NCBI GenBank assembly: GCA_026396385.1
Contig: JAPLWV010000051.1
Location: 26,143-90,142 of the forward strand
Reading direction: 5' to 3'
DNA: 64,000 nucleotides
From: Candidatus Micrarchaeota archaeon
GTDB lineage: Archaea; Micrarchaeota; Micrarchaeia; Burarchaeales; Fermentimicrarchaeaceae
Under the pieces are notes generated by a model. That model did not search any database. It saw only the letters and a program-made list of their open reading frames with translations, and had not been told where the DNA came from. Below, in pieces: positions 26,668 through 35,938 of the stretch (within the stretch, counting starts at the first letter, position 1; every line of letters starts with the position of its first letter). The translations under genes were made by a program, and so were the position numbers.

Positions 26668-27318
26668 AACATTACAGGAAAATTTTTTCGTTTTAGACCA
26701 CTTCCAACTTATCTTTCGTATATTTAGTAGCCTTGTTAGCTATGAGTATTATAATTTGTCTTTCTTCTTAAACTTATTGTTCCATGAGAGCCAAAAAATA
26801 TTTTAATTATGGAAATTATTTTGCCTCGGACGCTGTTCAGCAGAAGCAGTCAGCGAACTCATTCAATTAATTACTTTCTTAGTAATTAATTTTACGGATT
26901 CCAAATAATATTTGAGGTTCTAGTATAAAAAAGTATTGTTAAGAAGGGCTTTGCTAAGAAAGTCTCGTTTGCTCATAAACTCCCTCATCTGCTCAAAAAG
27001 TCGGGGTTTAAGGCGAGTTCTTTAGCAAAGCCGTTAAGAAGAATAGTATTTTAAATGATTAATTCATTTTTATTAATGTGGTAAAACTAGAAGATTATTT
27101 TTATGGAGTAATTGTATATCTGATGAAAAAATGGTTATGCGTCCTCGCAAATCAGCGAGACGCACCGAGAGCCGATTTTCAGTCGTATGAGAATTACGGG
27201 TGGCGAACCGTTGGCCTCAACACCAGATACTCTAAGAAACTTTGAGGGGAATTTATTTGACAGAACAGTGGAGTTCTGGAAAGATTTTTTCAAAGAACTT
27301 AATTCCGGGATTAGTAAA

Positions 27319-27915
27319 CTACTCTATGAACTTATCAATAACTTTCCCGCCACTTTGGTTGAGAATCAGTTTTATCAAGTAGTCTGCATTGAGTGAGCTC
27401 CATCTTACTACCCAAACCGAGGGGTATGTGGAGTTTGTTTTTGGCTCAAAGTAGTTATCGTAGAATGCAGCATCAACTCTGACATTTGAATAACCAAAGT
27501 TGTTCACAAACGAGTCAACTTCCGAAACATTGTTGAGTTTGTGCGAAGCAATAATCGCTTCCTCGGGCATGGTTATTTTGCAGACTGGTATATCCTTGCA
27601 CCCAAGCAACTGGCAGTCTTGGGTTATGTTGTTCTGGTCCCTTGGGACAAAGCCGAATTTGGGGTATTCGTATACAACAATTGATAAATCCGGGCAGGGA
27701 GTGTTTGCTCCATAGATTACCTTTGAAGTCATCTTCCAGCTCCCATCCTGCGAAGCCACATTGAAAACATCTGTGGTAGACCCAGGGTACTGCACCTGCA
27801 TGTGCTCCTTGACAAGCGCCACAGCTTTGTCCTGTGTCATCTGCTCGTTCGGCTGGGTACATCCAGAGAGTAGTAAGAATAGGGCAACTACTATGAAAGG
27901 ATATTCTGGTCGCAT
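27319..27915 (-). CDS. hypothetical lipobox/secreted protein
   Basis: MRPEYPFIVVALFLLLSGCTQ signal/lipobox; 198 aa; several Cys. Confidence 0.5.
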   Translation of the reverse strand: MRPEYPFIVVALFLLLSGCTQPNEQMTQDKAVALVKEHMQVQYPGSTTDVFNVASQDGSWKMTSKVIYGANTPCPDLSIVVYEYPKFGFVPRDQNNITQDCQLLGCKDIPVCKITMPEEAIIASHKLNNVSEVDSFVNNFGYSNVRVDAAFYDNYFEPKTNSTYPSVWVVRWSSLNADYLIKLILNQSGGKVIDKFIE

Positions 27916-27960
27916 ACGCCTTCGGAGTAATAATCGGAGCCCTAGTATAAAAAGATAACG

Positions 27961-29661
27961 TCAGCTGGCAGTTGGGTTCGTAACTCTTCCTATGAATAGG
28001 ATGTTACCGGTATCCCTCTGCTGTATGATGAAGATGAATGGGTGGTCTGCTCTGAATACCGGCTTTGGAGTTGCGGGTATGGCCGTCATAGCCATGATTA
28101 CGGCAGTTGCTGCAGCTGCTTCTGTTCCAGTCTCATTCACCTCAATAAATGCCTGGTGTATGACATTGCTGATATACAGGTTTCTCGTTCCATCCATGCC
28201 GGAAAAGTCCGCTTCGTTTGGATCAAACGCCTTTTCGATTCCCATATTCTTTAGGGTGTCAACCATGAGGTACTTAGTCTCAAACTTAAATCTAGGCATA
28301 TAAACACCGGCAAGCTCTGTTTCGCTTAGCATAGCCTTCAATTCATTTAAGTTGTCTGTAGTGAGTGACTGTTCAAGATCCTGCAGATTGTCTTCTTTTG
28401 GAAGAATTATGAGCATGGATACATCATCACCTTGGTAAGGCAGCTCAAGAATTTGAGTTTCGTTTGTTTCTGCGTAATTGAATCTCAGGGGAACTGACTC
28501 GCCATCAGATGTCTTCACATAGTCGCCGTCCAGAGACATCATCTTAACTTTTACGGTCTTTGTTGGGGTTACTCTAAAGTCTTGGTCAGTAGTATCGTTT
28601 AAAAACGGTATAAGCCAGTGCGCTTTGAAATAGACCGCGTTTGTAAGAACCAAACGAGTCAACTCGTCGATGGCTCCCGGCGGTATTATATCTTTAATTT
28701 TGTTGTTTGTCTGTCCCTCCACCCATTGGTTTATAGTCACGCGGGAGTTTTCGGTATCACCCTTAAAGTCGAGATTTGTCACATTTCCGCCGTAATATTC
28801 GTCTACTAAACTGAAATAATCGTCTAAGAACTTGTAATCCTTCTGCGCCCATAATGCATTTGCAGTGCTGAGGTTGTATTCTTTGTCTTTCTTGTTTATC
28901 TCATTGTAAACTCCTGCGAAACCTAGTCTTCGTGTATTATTATCCGGGGGGAAATGAAAAACAGCTTGCATTTCTTCTGCTGTTTGGCCTCTTGCACCCT
29001 CATAGGTCATTGCCAACGCAGTTGAGATGCTGTAGGGAGAGAATAACAGATTGTCATTCTGGAACTTGTACTGCGAGTAGAGGTCAAATGCAAACTGATT
29101 GTTAGCGTTTACTACATTGTTTACGGCTTCTGTGATTGTTGCGTTATTGGGAGATGAAGATGTATTTACGCATTTGAGTTTATCGCTATCCCAGCATCTT
29201 CCCTCTCCGCAATCGCAAGCTTTCACTTCATGGCTGTTGCTTGGGGAGCAACCGCAGGCTCCTATGAGGCAGGTATTCGGGAAATCACCAACCGAATTGC
29301 AGCATAGGTGAGTTGTAACATTTCCACCCCCCATCCTACATTGATTTTCGGTATACCAGCTTCTGTTAAACCCAATGCTCTCGCAGAACCCTTCGGACTG
29401 GCAGCTGATTGAACTGCAAGCCGCGCATGGCGGGCATACCACGCACTGGCTGGGGCATTTATCAACAGAATAATTCTGGCAGTTGGTTACATTTGGGCAG
29501 GGAGCAAATTCGCAATTTGGACCGACTCTCCCAACAGATGAGCCGTCAGGGCAAACCTTGGCTTCTTCCGTGCATGCTCTAGGTGGGTTTATCTGCGTGC
29601 ATCCAGCCCACAAGAATAAAGTTGCAACAAACAATAGAACTATGAGAGTTTTTGTTTTCAT
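27961..29661 (-). CDS. serpin (serine protease inhibitor) with about 150-aa Cys-rich N-terminal domain and lipobox signal
   Basis: Serpin blocks FSPYSISTALAMTYEGARGQTAEEM, NAVYFKAHW, hinge/RCL ETGTEAAAATAVIMAMTAIP, FRADHPFIFIIQQ and FIGRVTNP. Signal MKTKTLIVLLFVATLFLWAGC. Residues about 20-165 contain about 30 Cys. Start moved to ATG at 29661; the 44 upstream codons lack signal-peptide features. Confidence 0.85.
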   Translation of the reverse strand: MKTKTLIVLLFVATLFLWAGCTQINPPRACTEEAKVCPDGSSVGRVGPNCEFAPCPNVTNCQNYSVDKCPSQCVVCPPCAACSSISCQSEGFCESIGFNRSWYTENQCRMGGGNVTTHLCCNSVGDFPNTCLIGACGCSPSNSHEVKACDCGEGRCWDSDKLKCVNTSSSPNNATITEAVNNVVNANNQFAFDLYSQYKFQNDNLLFSPYSISTALAMTYEGARGQTAEEMQAVFHFPPDNNTRRLGFAGVYNEINKKDKEYNLSTANALWAQKDYKFLDDYFSLVDEYYGGNVTNLDFKGDTENSRVTINQWVEGQTNNKIKDIIPPGAIDELTRLVLTNAVYFKAHWLIPFLNDTTDQDFRVTPTKTVKVKMMSLDGDYVKTSDGESVPLRFNYAETNETQILELPYQGDDVSMLIILPKEDNLQDLEQSLTTDNLNELKAMLSETELAGVYMPRFKFETKYLMVDTLKNMGIEKAFDPNEADFSGMDGTRNLYISNVIHQAFIEVNETGTEAAAATAVIMAMTAIPATPKPVFRADHPFIFIIQQRDTGNILFIGRVTNPTAS

Positions 29662-29719
29662 GTTTATGGTATTATAAAAAGAACTTAAAAATGTTCCCAA
29701 TTTGTTCGGTGAAAACCGA

Positions 29720-30610
29720 TCAAAAATTATTTTTGAGCCTTTCAACTGCCTCTTTCCATGTTGGGACGTTCGTCTGCGCTCCATGCTTTTCAACTATGAA
29801 TGAGGACACAGATGACGCAACTTTCGCGCACATTTTCAAATCCTCGCCTCTCAGAAATGCTGAAAGGAAGGCTGCCCTGAAAGAATCCCCTGCGCCTGTC
29901 GGGTCGACAAACCTAGCCTTCACTGCAGGCACATCAAAACTCCCATCTCTTGTGGTGACAGAACTGCCTTTTGCTCCTTTTGTCGTTATGATGTATTCAA
30001 CAGGGAACGCGAAAAGCTCCTCCTTGCTTCTCATTCTAAGAAGCGTGAGAATTCTCCGCATCTCAAACTCATTGCATGTGAGGAACTTTGTGTTTTTTAG
30101 GACTCCTTCAAGCTCTTTCTTTCCATAGGCAATTATGTCATAGCCCGGGTCGAAAGAAACCCCGGGATATTTTTTGGCTATCCTCATGCTGAAATCAGGG
30201 TCGCCATTCGCCAGGTGCACAATATCGTTTTTCCCCATTTTCAATTTTGGGACTGGTGCCCTGTGGAAAAGCTCGGCAACTCCCCAGTAGAAGAATGACA
30301 TCTGCCTATGCCTGGAGTCATTGAACATGAATGCCCTTGGGGTTTGGCCACCTTTCACGATTTTCAGGTGAATTAGATCAACCTTGTTGAGCCTGAGATG
30401 TCTTTCATAGCCAGAACCTCTGAAATCCCCGCCAACGAACGAGATTAGAGATGTCTTCTGACCAAGCTTCGAGCATACAGCTGAAAAATTTCCTGCAGCC
30501 CCTCCAAAAAGCTCGAAGTATCTTTTTATGTATGTGGTGGAGTTCGGCTTTGGAAATTCCTTCACTTCGCCTATGTTATCATAGACAACCTGTCCGACAG
30601 AGTATATCAT
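29720..30610 (-). CDS. PfkB-family (ribokinase-like) carbohydrate/nucleoside kinase
   Basis: C-terminal DPTGAGDSFRAAF (DTxGAGD anion-hole motif); N-terminal GG sugar-binding motif region. Confidence 0.75.
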   Translation of the reverse strand: MIYSVGQVVYDNIGEVKEFPKPNSTTYIKRYFELFGGAAGNFSAVCSKLGQKTSLISFVGGDFRGSGYERHLRLNKVDLIHLKIVKGGQTPRAFMFNDSRHRQMSFFYWGVAELFHRAPVPKLKMGKNDIVHLANGDPDFSMRIAKKYPGVSFDPGYDIIAYGKKELEGVLKNTKFLTCNEFEMRRILTLLRMRSKEELFAFPVEYIITTKGAKGSSVTTRDGSFDVPAVKARFVDPTGAGDSFRAAFLSAFLRGEDLKMCAKVASSVSSFIVEKHGAQTNVPTWKEAVERLKNNF

Positions 30611-30975
30611 TCCACCACCTCATACTCCAGCTTCTCGCCATTGTTGCTGTAGACCCCTATATTGTTTTCGGTAAATGGGTATGCAACTATTATGTGCACG
30701 CCACCGGTTTTTGAGAATGAGAGAAGGTCACCCGCTGACGGTCTTGCATTTGGAGTGGGATGGGAATGGACGCTCCCCACATATTTTACAGTGTAGGGCA
30801 CCATGTAGTGGTCAATGGATGAAAAACCTCTACCGTAAGTGGACCTTGGGAGCAGAAGCACCTCTGATATTTCCTTTTTCTCGTTTTCCCTTAGAAGCCC
30901 TATGAACTCCCGAGGGTACATATTCCTGGCTAGGTTAAGCATGAATTCCAGAGCGACTCTCTTTATCCTAAGCAT
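30607..30975 (-). CDS. JAMM/MPN+ metalloprotease (small archaeal JAB1/Mov34-type, possible SAMP/ubiquitin-like deconjugase)
   Basis: JAMM motif E(REFIGLL)...GSVHSHPTPNARPSAGDL (HxHx7Sx2D); 122 aa. Confidence 0.75.
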   Translation of the reverse strand: MLRIKRVALEFMLNLARNMYPREFIGLLRENEKKEISEVLLLPRSTYGRGFSSIDHYMVPYTVKYVGSVHSHPTPNARPSAGDLLSFSKTGGVHIIVAYPFTENNIGVYSNNGEKLEYEVVE

Positions 30976-31027
30976 AGTACCATTTAATATTAAAAAGTAG
31001 GTTATTTAAAATCTCATAAGTGATGGG

Positions 31028-32317
31028 ATGGGCATTCTGATCAAGAATGTCAGCATACTGACACAAAACAGCAGGAGGGAAATCCTCAGGGACGTTGATA
31101 TACTTACAGAGGGTAATAGAATAGAAAAAATAGGCAAAAATGTAAGGGAGAGGGCAGAATTCAAGATAGACGGAAGGGGGAAACTTGCCGTTCCTGGTTT
31201 GGTAAACACCCACAGCCATGTAGCAATGACACTCTTCAGGGGATATGCTGATGACATGAGATTCTGGGAGGCATGGCCGGAGAGGATATGGCCGAAAGAG
31301 AAGAAGTTGAAAGCAGAGCATGTATACTGGGGCGCTATGCTCGGATGCATGGAGATGATCAGGAGCGGCACAACATGCTTTATGGATAACTATTTTTTCA
31401 TGGAGGAGGTTGCAAAGGCAGTAAAGGAGATAGGAATTCGAGCTAATCTTGCCTATGGCATGATAGATTTGGATGACGCAGGAAAAAGAAAAAAGGAGTT
31501 GGAGATTGGAGAGGGGTTTGTCAAAGACTTCAATGGCAAAGCAGATGGCAGGATAACGTGTTCATTCAGTCCCCACGCCCCCTACACCTGCTCCAGGGAA
31601 CTGCTGCTCAAGTCAAAGGAGCTTGCAGAGAAACATGATGTCTTGCTGCAGATTCATGTTTCAGAGACAAGGAAGGAGGTTTTCGATTCACTTAAAAAGT
31701 TTGGCAAGAGGCCTGTTGAATACCTGGATTCAATCGGATTTCTCGGCAGGAGGGTTATGGCTGCTCACTGCGTATGGATTACAAAAAGGGAAGTGAGGAT
31801 GCTGGGGGAGAAAGGAACTAGAGTATCGTATAACCCAGTGAGCAACATGATGCTCGCTTCCGGTGGAGTGGCACCAATACCGCAGATGCTTGAGAGCAAG
31901 ATCTGTATAACATTTGGGACTGATGGAGCAGTGTCTAATAACTCCCTGAATATGCTTGAAACGATGAAAGTGGGGGCATTGCTCCAGAAAGCGCATCATT
32001 GGGATGCAAGGGTGCTTAATGCACAGCAGGCAGTGGACTTTGCAACCTGCAATGGAGCTGCAGCACTTTGCATGAACAGCGGCAGCATAGTGGAGGGGAA
32101 GCTCTCGGATATGTCCCTCATGGAACTTAAATCCCCGAACCTGCTCCCGGAAAACAACCTTGTCTCAAATCTGGTTTACTCTTCTAACCCATCAAACATA
32201 TCTGACATGATAATAGATGGAAAGCTTGTTATGGAAAACAGAAAGATTCTGACAATTGATGAAGAGAAAGTTTTTGAAAATGTGGAGAAAGTTGCTGAGA
32301 AACTTACGCGCGATTAG
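31028..32317 (+). CDS. amidohydrolase, MTA/SAH / 5-deoxyadenosine deaminase-like (MtaD/DadD family)
   Basis: Metal-binding VNTHSHVAMTLFRG (HxH). Overall length 429 aa and the C-terminal GTDG...D pattern of the TIM-barrel amidohydrolases. Confidence 0.7.
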   Translation: MGILIKNVSILTQNSRREILRDVDILTEGNRIEKIGKNVRERAEFKIDGRGKLAVPGLVNTHSHVAMTLFRGYADDMRFWEAWPERIWPKEKKLKAEHVYWGAMLGCMEMIRSGTTCFMDNYFFMEEVAKAVKEIGIRANLAYGMIDLDDAGKRKKELEIGEGFVKDFNGKADGRITCSFSPHAPYTCSRELLLKSKELAEKHDVLLQIHVSETRKEVFDSLKKFGKRPVEYLDSIGFLGRRVMAAHCVWITKREVRMLGEKGTRVSYNPVSNMMLASGGVAPIPQMLESKICITFGTDGAVSNNSLNMLETMKVGALLQKAHHWDARVLNAQQAVDFATCNGAAALCMNSGSIVEGKLSDMSLMELKSPNLLPENNLVSNLVYSSNPSNISDMIIDGKLVMENRKILTIDEEKVFENVEKVAEKLTRD

Positions 32318-32987
32318 AACTTCCTGTAAGTTTAGCGTCCGTTATCTTGAATATCCCCCTAACTCCATCCCATCTCTTCTCGCTTTTTAATATTTTCAAT
32401 CTCTTTTTGAACATTGGGGAATGAAGGACAAATGTTTCCATCTCTCCTCCTTCTCCAGCAATTGATATGCCGTATCTGTCCCTGAGTTTCAGCAGTTCTT
32501 TTATGCATTCATCGTCTATCCTTCTCCCAAGCCAGCTCTCGTCAAACCCTTCTGCAGAAACAGAAGTTATGATTACCTCAAAACCTGCATCTAGCATGTC
32601 CTTCAAAAGCATCTCTCCATCCTTATGCCAGAGGGGGGAGAAGCTCCTTAAACCCAGCTCCTCGCATATCATATCCACCTTCTCTTTCTGGTACTCACTG
32701 CCTAACGCTCCAGTCACCACCCCATCAACCTTAACGCTCTGAATAAGGGATTTTAAGTCATCAAGTTCCGAGTCCTTCTCACCTGAGCTTTTCTGCATGA
32801 TAAGCGGAAGACCCATTGCCTCTGCCTGCAGCGGAGTCCACTCGACATTGGGGCGGTGAAACATGTAGGAGGAATCGGAAGCCGGAAGCATCGTTAGCAG
32901 AACTTTGGCTTCCCATCCAAACGAGTTTGCAGTCCACAGAGCATATACACTATCCTTACCACCACTGAAAAGCAGAGCGACTTCCAT
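32304..32987 (-). CDS. dph6: diphthine-ammonia ligase (Dph6; MJ0570-type PP-loop ATPase)
   Basis: PP-loop LFSGGKDS at N-terminus; 227 aa; family-typical EGGEMETFV block. Confidence 0.7.
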   Translation of the reverse strand: MEVALLFSGGKDSVYALWTANSFGWEAKVLLTMLPASDSSYMFHRPNVEWTPLQAEAMGLPLIMQKSSGEKDSELDDLKSLIQSVKVDGVVTGALGSEYQKEKVDMICEELGLRSFSPLWHKDGEMLLKDMLDAGFEVIITSVSAEGFDESWLGRRIDDECIKELLKLRDRYGISIAGEGGEMETFVLHSPMFKKRLKILKSEKRWDGVRGIFKITDAKLTGSSNRA

Positions 32988-32995
32988 CAGAACGC

Positions 32996-33424
32996 CTATA
33001 GTCTGACAATATCCATCATTTTTTTGATCAGGACTGAGGATTTGTTCAGCTTGGGGTTGAAGCTCTTTCTTATTCTGACCACTTTGGTCTTTACTCCCAT
33101 CTCCTTAAGTTTCTTCTTCAGAATATCCTCATCTTGCTTCTGGTCGTAACCAAGGGCAATAACATCTGGTTTTATCTTTTTGATAATCCGGTACTTGTCC
33201 CCTGTGCTTCCGAGTATGGCAGAGTCAACAAACTTCAGGGATTCGACAAGCTTCCTCCTTGACTCCTCATCAAGAACAGACTCGCGCTTTTTGAATTTCC
33301 TTATGGTTGAGTCTCTTGCAACTATAACTATCAGCTTATCGCCAAGCTTCTTTGCGTTTTTCAGGTACGTGTAGTGACCCATGTGGAGTATGTCGAAACA
33401 TCCGAAAGCCATCACTTTTCTCAT
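32996..33424 (-). CDS. ribL: cytidylyltransferase-like nucleotidyltransferase, archaeal FAD synthase RibL-like
   Basis: MAFGCFDILHMGHYTYL (GxFDxxHxGH); 142 aa. Confidence 0.65.
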   Translation of the reverse strand: MRKVMAFGCFDILHMGHYTYLKNAKKLGDKLIVIVARDSTIRKFKKRESVLDEESRRKLVESLKFVDSAILGSTGDKYRIIKKIKPDVIALGYDQKQDEDILKKKLKEMGVKTKVVRIRKSFNPKLNKSSVLIKKMMDIVRL

Positions 33425-33433
33425 CTGATCACC

Positions 33434-34741
33434 TTAGGGGTAAACCCTGTTGATTGTCCTCGGGAACGGCACTGCATCTCTGATATGATCCAGGTTGAGA
33501 ACCCACTTGAGCAGCCTTTCTATGCCCAGCCCGAAACCAGAATGCGGAACGGAGCCATATTTCCTCAAATCAATGTACCACTGGTAGCTTTTCACATCAA
33601 GCTTCTCCTCCTTTATCCTTTTCATGAGTTCATCGTACTCCCAAATTCTCTCAGAGCCCCCGGCAAGCTCTCCATGCCCGTTTGGAGCCTGCATATCTGC
33701 ATTCAAAACAGTTTTGGGGTTCTCCGGGTTGACTTTCATGTAGAATGCCCTGCCTCCCTTGGGATAGTTGTATATGAACATCGGTTTTTCTATGCCTGAC
33801 GTGAGAATTTCCTCATCCTCTGTGCCAAAGTCATCTCCCCATGTCTTCTTGATTCCTTTCTTCACAAGGAAATCAATTGCATCATCATAGCTAATTCTTT
33901 TGAATGGAGGAGAAACCTTTGCAAGAGTCTCTGGCTTCACCTTGAAGAATTCCAGTAAATCCGCATGGTTCTTAGCGAGCTTCTGGCATGCATAGGAGAC
34001 GAGCTCCTCCTGCAGCTTCATGTTATCCTCATTGTGGTAGAATGCCTCCTCTGCCTCCAGATGCCAGTATTCGGCAAGGTGCTTCACAGTTCTGCTCTTT
34101 TCTGCTCGGAAGGAGGGGGCTAGAACGAATATCTTTTCAAGCGCAGTTATGAACACCTCGTTGTACAGCTGAGCACTTTGTGAAAGGTACGCAGTGTCAT
34201 CGAAATACTTGAACTCAAAAAGAGTTGAGCCACCCTCGCAGCCTGCCTGTGTTATTATTGGCGGTGCAACCTCCCAGAAACCCTGAGAAAAGAAGTATTC
34301 CCTGAGGTAGTTGACAAGGTATTGCCTCACTTTCATTATGTTTGTGAGCTTCTGTGAGCGCAGCCAGAGGTGCCTCAAATCAAGCAGCAGCTCAGTGCTC
34401 TGATGCTCTGTTATTGGGAAAGGTTCTGAAAAGCTTATTACGGAGAACTCGGTAACCTGCAGTTCGTATCCTCCGGGGGCTCTCCCGTCCTCTTTCACAA
34501 CTCCTTTTGCTGTAACTGCCGATTCTATGAGGGCTTTATCAGCGTCATGGTATGCCTTTTCAGGAACATTCTCCTTCTTAATCGCAACCTGCATTGTTCC
34601 GGTTGAATCTCTCAGAACAAGGAACTGCACTCCGCCGCTTGACCTCTTCCTGTAAATCCATCCCCTAACAGAGACGTCCCTGCCGACGTATTTCCCTGAG
34701 AGTATTTTTCCTATCTGGGTGAACTCAGTCATGCAAATCAC
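33434..34741 (-). CDS. asnS: asparaginyl-tRNA synthetase (class IIb)
   Basis: N-terminal OB anticodon-binding domain. Class II motifs: FRAEKSRTVKHLAEYWHLEAEEAF (motif 2, AsnRS-like) and PHSGFGLGIERL (motif 3). AspRS cannot be fully excluded. Confidence 0.75.
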   Translation of the reverse strand: MICMTEFTQIGKILSGKYVGRDVSVRGWIYRKRSSGGVQFLVLRDSTGTMQVAIKKENVPEKAYHDADKALIESAVTAKGVVKEDGRAPGGYELQVTEFSVISFSEPFPITEHQSTELLLDLRHLWLRSQKLTNIMKVRQYLVNYLREYFFSQGFWEVAPPIITQAGCEGGSTLFEFKYFDDTAYLSQSAQLYNEVFITALEKIFVLAPSFRAEKSRTVKHLAEYWHLEAEEAFYHNEDNMKLQEELVSYACQKLAKNHADLLEFFKVKPETLAKVSPPFKRISYDDAIDFLVKKGIKKTWGDDFGTEDEEILTSGIEKPMFIYNYPKGGRAFYMKVNPENPKTVLNADMQAPNGHGELAGGSERIWEYDELMKRIKEEKLDVKSYQWYIDLRKYGSVPHSGFGLGIERLLKWVLNLDHIRDAVPFPRTINRVYP

Positions 34742-35927
34742 CTATCTCATTAATTACCAATCCGACTGCCTCCTCAAGCTTCTCAGCCTTTCCTGCACCG
34801 CTCATGAAATACTCCTTTCCTCCACCTTTTCCTTCCATAACTCTGAATGCCTTTTCCGCTATTGAATTCAAATCAACGTTCATTTTCTGATTCTTTGCTA
34901 TGAGGAGGAAGCCCTTCTCCCCCTTGTTTCCAAGTATAACTAACACATTCTCTTCTTTTATTAATTCCCCCGCTTTGTCCATAAGCTTTTTGGCATCCAT
35001 ACCCGAGAAGATTTTTGAGTATATCTTAATTCCGCCTTTTTGAGTGGGTTCCAGCTTGCTGAGAAGCGCCTCGTTCAACTCCTTGAGCTGCTCCGAAAGC
35101 GTGAGGTTCTCCTGCTTGAGCTTATCGGCAGTCCTCTCAAGCAGCTCGGGGTAGGTTTGGAGAATGGAAGATGCACTCATGCCTATCTTCTTCATATCCA
35201 AAAGAAAATCTCTTGCCTTATCACCGAACTCAAACTCCAGAGTATGCTCATTTCCCTCTTTGGTAATGCGTGTAACAGCGAGAAGACCTATTTCATTTGT
35301 GCTTAGAACGTGAACTCCGGAGCATGCGGACTTGTCAAATCCCTCAATTTCAACAACACGCACCTCGTTTCCCTTTATCCTATCAAGCTTGATTCGGAAA
35401 TCTCCCTTCGCAGCTTCCTCCTTCTTCATCCAGCGCACTATTACCCGTCTTCCCTCTTTGATAACCTGGTTTGCGAGCTTCTCCGCTTCTGCAAGCCTTG
35501 CAAAGTCTATTTGCTCAGGGCTCCGTATGAAAAGCGCATGCCTTCCGACATCTATGTTGTCTTTCACAACGTACAAGTCTTTGAAGAACCTTGAAAGGCA
35601 CTGGAAGAACATGTGCTGCGCAGTGTGAGCCCTCATAAGCTCGTATCGTCTATCCCAGTCAATCCTGCACTGCACTCCCTCCCCCTGTTCTATTACTCCA
35701 TTGAGGGAGCATAGGTGCACCACGATATTTTTTTCCATCCTTGTCTCAACAACCTTGGCAGAACCTTTCTTTCCCACAATAATTCCAGTATCGTGGCTCT
35801 GCCCACCACCGCCAGGGAAGAATGCTGTCTTCTCAAGCACGATGAGCGCATGGGAATTGGAATAGGAAACCGAGTTAACCTTGGAAGTGAAGGACTTGAG
35901 GTATGGGTCCTCGTAGTAAAGTTCCAT
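34725..35927 (-). CDS. alaX: AlaX-L alanyl-tRNA editing protein (AlaRS editing-domain homologue with C-terminal DHHA1 domain)
   Basis: Zinc motifs HTAQHM (HxxxH) and CSGVHV (CxxxH); C-terminal GGGKEYFMSGAG. Confidence 0.8.
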   Translation of the reverse strand: MELYYEDPYLKSFTSKVNSVSYSNSHALIVLEKTAFFPGGGGQSHDTGIIVGKKGSAKVVETRMEKNIVVHLCSLNGVIEQGEGVQCRIDWDRRYELMRAHTAQHMFFQCLSRFFKDLYVVKDNIDVGRHALFIRSPEQIDFARLAEAEKLANQVIKEGRRVIVRWMKKEEAAKGDFRIKLDRIKGNEVRVVEIEGFDKSACSGVHVLSTNEIGLLAVTRITKEGNEHTLEFEFGDKARDFLLDMKKIGMSASSILQTYPELLERTADKLKQENLTLSEQLKELNEALLSKLEPTQKGGIKIYSKIFSGMDAKKLMDKAGELIKEENVLVILGNKGEKGFLLIAKNQKMNVDLNSIAEKAFRVMEGKGGGKEYFMSGAGKAEKLEEAVGLVINEIGDLHD

Positions 35928-35938
35928 ATCTGTCCCTT

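Noticed and set aside
27187-27396. 69-aa plus-strand ORF in the long AT-rich spacer
   Set aside because: No start context or motif, and it overlaps the 3' end of the convergent lipoprotein gene. The region looks more like structured non-coding DNA.
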